From assembly GCA_044892525.1 (NCBI GenBank), contig CM097886.1, forward strand, positions 3,286,001 through 3,350,000: DNA of 64,000 nucleotides, in the 5' to 3' direction. The position numbers and the translations under genes are program-made. Of this stretch, positions 53,952-64,000 are shown piece after piece. The stretch is from Schmidtea polychroa (Eukaryota). Below the pieces are notes generated by a model. It had not been told where the DNA came from. It searched no databases and saw only the letters and a program-made list of their open reading frames with translations. Each line of letters opens with the position of its first letter. Position 1 is the stretch's first letter.

Positions 53952-55959
53952 TTTATTACAATGGAATAATATTCTTCATTGTTTTAAGTATATCTATATA
54001 TAATAGAATTACGCAATTTTAAACGAGGAAAATTAATTGAAGAATAAAAATAATCTTTTTTATTTTAAAATATTTTCACATTTTGCATGACTTTACATTA
54101 TTTTCAAATTGATTAATAATTAATTATCTTATATTTTTTGAAAAATTATTCATATAAGAAGTCTATAGGGCTTCATGATATATTGGAGGATTTAAAATGT
54201 AAAATAATGTTTAAAAATATTTTTAAAAATTTTCAGTTTATTAAAAATACAATTTTAAATTTTAAAAGGGAATAACAGAAATAAAGTAATATAGGATATA
54301 AATAGTACTCATTATTATTCCGTAACACCAAATATTTTCAAATCGACAAGAATTCTACTTTTAGGTCCCCCATAAAAGAAACTTACATATTAAAAAATAA
54401 AAATCGATAAAAATAATACTTTAAAATTTTACAATAGAAAATGACCAAAAATAGAAATTGTTTTATAGGTCCAGAGAGAAAATATATAAAAATGATAAAT
54501 GTATGTTAATTCTGGGTAAAAAAAATTACAATTAATAACATTTTCTCAAAAAAAATATATTCCAAACAAAAATTATAAATTAAAACTGGCGCTGAAATTC
54601 CAAATTAAGATGTAGAAAAATCACTTTATATAGGTTGAAAAATAAAAACTTTCTTCTCGAATTATTATAATTACTATTGGAACATTTTTATTTTTTACAA
54701 GAAACAAAAAAATGTCGGAAATGAATGGAAAATAAATTCAGAATAATTTTAATTTAGTTTTGATTTTTAATTTATAAATTAAAATAGAAATTTTTTTTTA
54801 AAAACATCTCAGAAAATCCTGAAAATTGTATGGAAATGCAAAATATTAAAGCCGTTTTAAACCTTAAATCTTTTTCTTTGGAAAACAAAACTATAATTAA
54901 TCAAAAATGGTAATGCGCGATTTTTTATTAATTAACAAAAATCAATTATTAATTTGTAAATAAATTTATTATATTCATTAACATATGGATTTCAAATCTA
55001 CTTTCACGGAAACGAATTGTGGAGTGAAAAAAAAATTTTTTTTGTCAGATTTGAATTACCTTTGACTTTGCTGCAGCTTAATGCAAAAATTAACAAATTT
55101 TCAGTAATATTGATAGAAAATGACATTTACTCAGAACCAGCCGTCTCTATAAAACATTCCAGGTGCTAGAAATATTTTTGGATCCCTAGCTACTTCTCAT
55201 AGTACAACATTTCCTCAAGAAATTGTTGTACAGATTTAACCAAATTCAATCATTACAATTCAAAAGGGGAAAGAGTGAAGCCTCGAAACCAAGAATTTTT
55301 TATTTAATTAAAGAAAAATAATCAATTTGAAATTTCTGATTAATTTTGTTATTCCAAAAAAACAATGAAATTGCTTCTGAAGTATAAGCAAAATGATGAC
55401 GTTAGAATTTAATTTCGCTCAATTAAACCATACTACATCGAATTTTTCTCCAAGGTCATAAATTTATAACATTATGTGTTCCTTTCAATTTCAAACGAAA
55501 TTTAGACACAGCCTTTTTTAAACACTCGAAAACAGACTGCGTTGAAAATTCTTGTTAAATAGAAAACAAAAAATTAACTTAAAGTTTGAAAAAACTGTGG
55601 GAAACATTGTAAATGAAAACAGATCGAAAATGAAAATATTAATGATAATAAGTTATCTAGTAAAATGTTTCAGTAATTGATGGGTCTCTAAAATATTATA
55701 GTAATACTTTTTATTAGATAGTTAATTGCTGATTTTATCACAAAATTATACGATCATTACTCTTGGGTTTACTTTAATATTATATATTAAATCATTTAAT
55801 CAGATGTCACTAAGAAATTATGGTGTGACAGAAGAAGCCTGTGGCCGTCTTAGGTAATGTTTTCATATATTTATTTTAAATTTTATAAAATAATGATTAC
55901 AGTTCTCTTACAGTTCTCTTTTAATGCTATGTGAAAAAAAGCAGTGTCGAAAATTTGTG

Positions 55960-56285
55960 TTAAATAAAATACATTGATTTAAGGTCGATAACTTAAAGAA
56001 GAAAATTTATCAATAAAATCAATAATAAAAAGAGACAAAAAGTGAATAAAAAGATATATGACTTTACTGCTAATTTTATTTTGGTCCCATTTCCTTTTAT
56101 CGTGTTGAAAATTTTGTTTTTTAAATAAAAATATTATATAAATGGTTTGAATAGTCAACAGATCTTTTTGTTTCATTAAAATATTATTTCTTTTATTTCT
56201 TTACTATATATAATTTGATTCAAACATTTAAAAATAAGATTTTACAAAAAATTTGATTTAAGAAAAATGTTTAATAATTAAATAA
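55960..56285. repeat. ~330-bp segment duplicated at 58320-58640 (upstream part of the RING duplication unit)
   Basis: taaataaaatacattgattt...aagaaaaatgtttaataatta is present in both places, about 90% identical by eye. Confidence 0.9.
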
Positions 56286-57073
56286 AAATACCATTTGGAT
56301 TTAAAATAAAAATAGCAAATTAATTATTCCAACACTGTCATTTTGCAAAATTCATCCAAACTTATAAACTTTGCCGGGCACATCTTTAGTAGCTGTGTGG
56401 CCTATACACACTTTTTTCAAGGGTTTTATTTCATTCAAATTAATTTTCTTATATTTATATAATTTTCCCTAAAATTTGATGTGGAGCAAAAAGAAGAATA
56501 AAGAATTTCAAATAATGAAATAGTTGATTCCCACAAACAGAAATGTGTAAAACTTTAAAAATTAAATACAAAGTTTACTTTTGTTATCATCAAATTTCTC
56601 CAGTTACACTATAAAACATAAAAAGATAAAATGACAATTCATTTAATTTTATTTCGACAATAAGTAATATTATAAGTTTCGTTTTATTTTATTTTCATTC
56701 ATTTTGAATTTTTTTGTGTTTCAAAAAAGTTTTCTTTTGAAGATAAACACTAAATTGTAATTAAATCAATTAATATATTTTAAAATTTTATCTATCCTCA
56801 TTTAGAATATAGTATTTCTCTATATTTATCATAAATTTCCAGCACTGCCTTTCTCAAATGTCAAAAACTTGAAAGCGTATTGCATAAAATTTGTATTTAA
56901 TAAGGAAAACAATGATCTATTGCCAAAATAAAGATAAATGACATTTGAAAAGAAAAAAAATCATTTCAAAGGTGAATTAAAATCAAACGACTTTACTGAT
57001 AATATAAAATAAAAAAACGCGTTTCAAACTATACCAGTATTTTATTTTATTTTAAAATATCCAAAAAAATGCT

Positions 57074-57754
57074 TTAAAAATCTTGTGCAATATCTATCAT
57101 ATTTGATATGTCAGTAATATCCTCACCTTTTATACCTTCTCCTAACATAACTTTGACTAACATACTTATCATATTTTCTTTTGGAAAAACAGTAATCTCA
57201 AAACCTGACATGTTCTCGTTTTTTATTCCAAAATCAAATTTGATACTGGATTTTGTTCTTTTTATTATTGCTGGCAGTTTATTGTACTTTTCTTTGCTGA
57301 TTTTTAAATATTTGTCCCAACTGGTGAAATAATAATAAAACACACATGAAGTTTCCAATAAACTGAACTTAACAACATTTTCACTGATGTTGCTTTTGTA
57401 AAATCCGAATAAAATTGCAAACCCCAACGAAATATCATTTCTAGAATAAGTATGAGAGATTGAATAATGATCTGGGCGATGTTTGATTTTGACTGAAATG
57501 TCCCAATCTGATGTCGTTTGTAAAGATAAATTAGAGAAATGTCGTTGGCAAGTGGGGCAGTTGGATCTGTTGTGCTTTTTGTGATTTATAGCGCATTCGT
57601 AATGTAAATTGTGTCCACACTTTAAGAGCTTGAGAATGTTTTTATTATTTTTAAAATTTTCAAAGCACAATCCGCACATATTTTCGAAACCGTTTTCTGA
57701 TTTTTTGTCATCATCAAATAGTTGGGTGTAATTTAGATAATCATTTGAAATCAT
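57074..57754 (-). CDS. Intronless RING-H2 protein, copy B (226 aa)
   Basis: Same ORF as copy A. I saw only one N/D change (penultimate residue) and one synonymous change. Confidence 0.85.
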   Translation of the reverse strand: MISNDYLNYTQLFDDDKKSENGFENMCGLCFENFKNNKNILKLLKCGHNLHYECAINHKKHNRSNCPTCQRHFSNLSLQTTSDWDISVKIKHRPDHYSISHTYSRNDISLGFAILFGFYKSNISENVVKFSLLETSCVFYYYFTSWDKYLKISKEKYNKLPAIIKRTKSSIKFDFGIKNENMSGFEITVFPKENMISMLVKVMLGEGIKGEDITDISNMIDIAQDF

Positions 57755-58319
57755 TTTATTACAATGGAATAATATTCTTCATTGTTTTAAGTATATCTAT
57801 ATATAATAGAATTACGCAATTTTAAACGAGGAAAATTAATTGAAGAATAAAAATAATCTTTTTTATTTTAAAATATTTTCACATTTTGCACGACTTTACA
57901 TTATTTTCAAATTGATTAATAATTAATAAGTCTATAGGGCTTCATGATATATTGGAGGATTTAAAATGTAAAATAATGTTTAAAAATATTTTTAAAAATT
58001 TTCAGTTTATTAAAAATACAATTTTAAATTTTAAAAGGGAATAACAGAAATAAAGTAATATAGGATATAAATAGTACTCATTATTATTCCGTAACACCAA
58101 ATATTTTCAAATCGACAAGAATTCTACTTTTAGGTCCCCCATAAAAGAAACTTACATATTAAAAAATAAAAATCGATAAAAATAATACTTTAAAATTTTA
58201 CAATTCAACAAATTATATGTTCAAAGTAAAATAATATAAAAATGATAAATGTATGTTGAATGTATTTTAAACGCATTGGTATGTTAGTTCTGGGTAAAAA
58301 ATTACAGTTAAATAAGGTT

Positions 58320-58640
58320 TAAATAAAATACATTGATTTGAAGTGTATTATTGAAAGAAGAAAATTTATCAATAAAATCAATAATAAAAAGAGGCAAAAA
58401 GTGAAGAAAAATATATGTGACTTTACTGCTAATTTTATTTTGGTCCCATTTGCTTTTATCGTGTTGAAAATTTTTGTTTTTAAATAATAATATTATATAA
58501 ATGGTTTGAATAGTCAACGGATCTTTTTGTTTCATTAAAATATTATTTCTTTTATTTCTTGACTTTATATAATTTGATTGAAACATTTATAAATAAGATT
58601 TTATACAAAACTTGATTTAAGAAAAATGTTTAATAATTAC
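58320..58640. repeat. Second copy of the ~330-bp segment
   Basis: Homologous to 55960-56285. Confidence 0.9.
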
Positions 58641-61160
58641 TATTTGTGCATTTTAAATTTCTAATTAATATACAAATTTTAGTGACCGATTTAAAAAAAA
58701 GATAAATGAGCTTCTCTGTTCAAAGTAAGCGATAAATAAGAGCATTACTGTAAAATCAAAAAGTAAGAAAACATTAACTATAATAAAATCAAAATTATCT
58801 TTTAATTCGATTGTAAAAATTTCACTAACTTCTGATGAAAATTATCAAATATAAATATGGATAAACTTTCTGTTTAGAGATTCTATGAAGAGTTAAAAAT
58901 TTTAATTCAAATTATTTTCCAATTACTAATGAACGATTTCTACTCTATTTTACCTTAGTCGAAAATCAAAAGCAATGCAAAATTTGTATTAATTAAGGTC
59001 TCGGGGAACTAGATTTCAAGCAACTGCTGGATTTATGTCAGAGTTCCCAACCGGGAAATGTCAATCTGGAGAATTATCTACCTGATCAATGGCAATAAGT
59101 TCAATAATTCAGGAAATAAATGTTTTCATTGAAAACTGATGACAGTAAGAAAATGTTGACAGTGAACATCAGCTGAATTCCATGAAAGATTCAAGCGAAT
59201 TTTAAAATATGAAAACTACTGAAAAGCAATTATATTATAAAATTTTCTTGTGGCCTAGCAAGATCACGAAACTTTGGAATTTAGTTTATTTGTGAAAATA
59301 GCAACAATAGTTCAGATTTAATTGAAAATATTGATGATATTTTAAAGACACTTGTTTGTTTAAATGTTGATATTTTTGTTTGAGAGAAAGAGATGCCAAG
59401 AAAAAGATTAAGAATTAATTGGAACGATTACAACATCAACTAGATTCCAATCAGCAGAACAGGACTATGAAATAATCGGAAATTTCTGACTTAAANNNNN
59501 NNNNNNNNNNNNNNNNNNNNNNNNNNNNNNNNNNNNNNNNNNNNNNNNNNNNNNNNNNNNNNNNNNNNNNNNNNNNNNNNNNNNNNNNNNNNNNNNNNNN
59601 NNNNNNNNNNNNNNNNNNNNNNNNNNNNNNNNNCCTACAACCTTATGACCTTTCTGACAACAAGGAATTTTTTTGCTAATCATGATTTAATTATAATGAA
59701 AAATAATATCCAAGGTAACTGCAAAAACATTTAAACAAATTCTTTCAAATTAAAATGAGATTGCTGAATTTTTCTTTGTGTAAGAATTTTCTCATTTATC
59801 AAGATTTTAAATCAAATAAATTTCTTGTGAAAATGAAAAGAAAAACTCGAACAAAAAATTTAATATTTCAGTTTTTATCAGACAAATCTTAATTATTTTC
59901 TTTTAGATAATAAGGACAAGCTACATATGAATAAATATATTTAACGCAAATGGGAATTTTACTTGATACGCAATAAAAAACGAAACAGGGCTTCTTTTTT
60001 TGAATATTAGTTTACTAATTTTGATTTATTCGCTCCTTTCTAAAATTTAATATATAACAATCATTCGCTTTTAAATTCTAAGCTGTTTAAATAGACCTTC
60101 GTGATATTTTCTAATTCCATCTCATTGAGTTAAGAAAAAGCTCCAAATTAGTAAGAGCACTATTTATATAGACTTTCTGTGGTCATTATATGATTTTTCA
60201 AACCTCATATTTCTTGGTAAAAAGTAGCAATTTGTATTTTGTAAAAGTTTTGGTTGTTTTGTTATATTTTTATCGTTGCATAAATATTATATAAAGTTTG
60301 AATTTTTTTAATACAATTATTATTCAAACAAACATTTGCGATATTTGTATTTTCAACATTAATAAACTGAACTGTACACATTTTACAAAACAAAACAAGA
60401 AACTTGCACAGTATAAATAATTATTTCAAATAAATCCTAACATCATTATTTTGCTTATACTTTAAAATTATGCTGTAAAAGATTTTTATTCGTTTTCCTT
60501 TTAATTTTTGAGCATTAACCATGTTTCAACATTTCTATTTTTCTTGGAGTTCTCATATTCATTTATTTTTAATTTTGTAGAATAATGAAAATTTATCTAT
60601 TTTATAACTTCATGATTATAACCTATTAACTTTCTTTTTTTTCTGTATGTCAAATTTATCGAAGTTTTAAGAAAAATACCAACTATATATCAACTATAAA
60701 TGACAAGTTTCTTCATGGTGGAATTCACAAATATAGAAAACAGAATATAATTAGTTTATTTTAACGTTATTTTTTTTCTCCAATTCAAATTTTTTGCAAA
60801 ATTTCCACTTAGTAATACATTTATTGCTAACTTGTGTGAATAATTAGCTATTTTCACAAGAATGCATGTTAATTAATTAAATAATTACATTTATTTTTAT
60901 GACCTTTGTATCATTGATGTTATTCAATACCCAAGTTTTCAATCAAAAACCAACTGCTTCCATCATTTCAACTCCTGATTATATTATAAAAACTAGCCAG
61001 ATATATATTTCTACTATTTATCGCGTAAAATACTGGATAGGTGGGCATTCAATCGAATCTTTTATTAATTTAAATTTTCAGTAGAAGTTTAAAGGTGTTA
61101 TATGTCTTAATTTTGTATAGATATATTAAATATTATTATAAGAACTTTTATTTCTTCCAA

Positions 61161-61346
61161 TTTCACCACTGATTATTTTTTCCATTGAATTTATTAAAAA
61201 GAGAGTTTGAAGACTATAAATCAGTAATAATATATCGATGTTTGTTGATACTCACGAATTCTCGGCACTGCCTTTTTTTCACTTTAAATAAACATCGATA
61301 TATTACTGATTTATAGTCTTCAAACTCTCTTTTTAATAAATTCAAT
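61161..61346. repeat. Near-perfect hairpin copy of the palindromic repeat family
   Basis: attgaatttattaaaaagagagtttgaagactataaatcagtaata (from 61184) is exactly inverted at the end of 61286-61346. The loop contains cacgaattctcggcactgcc followed by a T run. Confidence 0.9.
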
Positions 61347-62678
61347 ATTAAATATCTTTTAAAAGCAGTAAATTACATTTTCTTTATAAAAATGTACTAT
61401 TCACATTAAAAACCAAATTATTTTATCACTTTTAAATTGTAATGAATAACAAAATATTGACAAACCCACCATATTAATCATAGTTAGTCATTTTGATTTC
61501 TATGTCTCAAAGATCATACACTGATATTTAGAACCAAACATTATCATAACTATATTAATATGTCGCATTAATGCGCCAAAGATTCACTGATGATAAACTG
61601 ATTTTATTGTAACAGCTCTACCCAAATATCTATTATACGAATTCATTCAACAATAATATTTATATGCAAACTATCAATCTCTATAATAATTGTTTATATT
61701 ATTATTTCATTGTATTTTGTTGTCAAAAATAAAAAAAAGACATTATTTTTAACCCTTTAGTGCATCATACTCTAATTTGTCAACAGACCAAATTTTATTC
61801 ATTTCACGTATATGAAAAGTAAAATTTGACTTTGAGTATTATTTTCAATTAGTTTTTCCACTGATAATACATATAATCTAAAATAAAATTATTAAAAATT
61901 AGTCATTTAAGAATAATTAACACTATTATCGAAAATTGAGAAAAATTATTCCTACTGATTATTCCTAATAACTTATATAGCGTTTCCAAACAATATTTCA
62001 CATTTTTTGAAAAACAATTTCAACTATTTTTTTTAATAAATATACATTTAGAAAAAAATTAGCAATAAATTTGAACACTTTTTTGATTAAATTAGAATAA
62101 ATCATTTATTTATATTTAAATACAAAAAGAGTTTTTGATAGTAGGAATTGTTTTTCGTAAAATAGGAAATATTTTTGGAAATACTATATATCGAAAGAAA
62201 TTATAATAGAATATTATTAAAAGTATGTGAATAATGTAAAACAATACTAAAGATTATTATTACAGTATAAAAATAATATAAAGAATTTGTATTATTTAAA
62301 ATTGTTTTAGCTCAGAAACTACGAATTAAGTTTTATTATTGAATTACACTGAATAAAATAAAAGTAAAATAAACAAGGCAAGTTAACGATGATTGCGATG
62401 CATGTATTCAGAAACGTTATTTTTGAAAAAAATAGGTTAAATATAGAAAAGATAATTAAATGTTTTAATGGAGTTAGCGAGTTCAATATAAAATATACAT
62501 CTAGACTTGTAAAAACTAGTAATGCGCATCTCACGTAAATCTCTTCATTCACTTTTTAATTTTTACAAATGCAAATCACTAGAAAAAATTATTAAAATTG
62601 AACTTATTTCAAATGTCTATATTTTTATATATTAGAAACAATTAATTATTCAAATAATTAAAATTAAATTTTTTTTAC

Positions 62679-63090
62679 CAACTACATCTTTATAGAAACG
62701 ACCGTGAATAACATCCCAAGGCTCATTTCTACTATCTGTTTCTGATTCCGCAAAAGAACTGGATACTTGACTATTTCGTGACAATGTCGTCGGACTTGGT
62801 TTCAGTGCATCCGCCTCAATACTGCTCAGTTTTAAAAAAGGAATAGGACTTGTTTCTGGAAAACTGTGAACTGGTAAACTTTCATCTGTACAATCGGTAA
62901 AGGAATCGACTGAGACATTTAATGGCTCTAAATTTTGACTGTTCATTTGATCATTACTAAGATCTATTTCGTTTTCCATTATAGTGTCAATAGATGCCTC
63001 GTTTTTTTCTTTTTTACTTTGACTAGATGAATGTGAAGTTTTTATACGTTTACTTTTCTTGTCTCCAGATAAATTTATTGAGAGATTGAA
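62679..63090 (-). CDS. Internal exon of an unidentified Ser/Lys/acidic-rich protein
   Basis: Acceptor ttatctttag| at 63092/63091. The open frame FNLSINLSGDKKSKRIKTSHSSSQSKKEKNEASIDTI runs into ORF 62650-62979 (MENEIDL...EPWDVIHGRFYKDVV). Donor GTAAAA at 62678. Neighbouring exons are unresolved. Confidence 0.6.
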
Positions 63091-64000
63091 CTAAAGATAA
63101 AAATAATAATATTAATAATAATTGGTTAATTTTGAATAAAGTAAAGAGGAAATTTGGATTAGTTCAGGATTACTTGTAAATTTGAAAATTTGTGATTTTT
63201 TGATCTGATTTCAAGTTTTTTATTATTTTCAATGAAATTTGATATTTGTTAATGAAAGAAAAAAGTTACGATTTTTAATTAATGTATTCAATTAATGTTT
63301 AAAGGAAATAAATCATTAAGGTTTATTGAAGTTTGGGTTTAAAGCCAATTTTCCCAGGTTTAAATGGATTTTTATGTAAAGATTACTAATTTAACGAAAG
63401 ATTCAAGGGGAAACAATGGCCAGAAACTTTAAAAACACTGAATCAATTAATGAATTAAATGTGTTGAGAATTATTAATGAACTAATTGCTGATGTTATGA
63501 CATATGGTCTAAGCTGTACGAAATGTGTTGATATTTGATATAAGAGTTGATATTTTCTTTTATCAATTTCAGTAAATGCAGGTGGCAATTTCCAAGTCAA
63601 ATCCACAAAGTNNNNNNNNNNNNNNNNNNNNNNNNNNNNNNNNNNNNNNNNNNNNNNNNNNNNNNNNNNNNNNNNNNNNNNNNNNNNNNNNNNNNNNNNN
63701 NNNNNNNNNNNNNNNNNNNNNNNNNNNNNNNNNNNNNNNNNNNNNNNNNNNNNNNNNNNNNNNCAAAAAATTAAATTTTTAAAATGTATTAAAACTATCT
63801 GTAAATCTTTATTTTTGTTCAGCTTTGATCTGATACTTTTATTTAATTAATTTTTATTATGATTATAGATCAAAATGTTATTTTCCTGTCACACAAATTT
63901 TCGGCACAGCCTTTATCAAGGACTGGAAATTTATGTTACATTGGAAAATAAATAAACCGAAATAATGATTTTCATAATTATTACAATTTATATTAGAAAA

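Overview
Gapped scaffold (six N-runs) from a very AT-rich eukaryote. It is almost certainly an animal: the TMED2 has a metazoan-type tail and there is an SHB-family adaptor. Introns fall into two size classes: about 44-47 nt, or kilobases long and filled with transposable elements. Genes I could build by hand: a spliced multi-zinc-finger gene (+, ~3.1-6.1 kb); a complete 4-exon TMED2/p24beta (-, 16076-22323); an SHB/SHD/SHE/SHF-like SH2 domain split by an 11.6-kb intron (-, 28474-40401; both exons missed by the ORF track); a tandem pair of near-identical intronless RING-H2 genes with an unrecognised C-terminal domain (-, 53.3 and 57.1 kb); and an exon of an unidentified Ser/Lys-rich protein (-, ~62.7-63.1 kb). 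The rest is mostly decayed transposons and repeats: a DD41D (rosa-type) mariner, an IS630-like Tc1, Ac-like and Buster/SPIN-like hATs, MITEs with intact TSDs, a Ty3/gypsy pol remnant, TGTTGGG...CCCAACA LTR-like elements, a palindromic foldback family, a 35-bp minisatellite and (TA)n tracts. I found no rRNA, tRNA or CRISPR array. All family assignments are from remembered motifs; no database search was run. Nothing here proves a new biological system. The best leads are the RING-H2 duplicate with its linked small ORF, the CCHC/QALGNH zinc-finger protein, possible antisense genes nested in the SH2-gene intron, and the hairpin repeat family.
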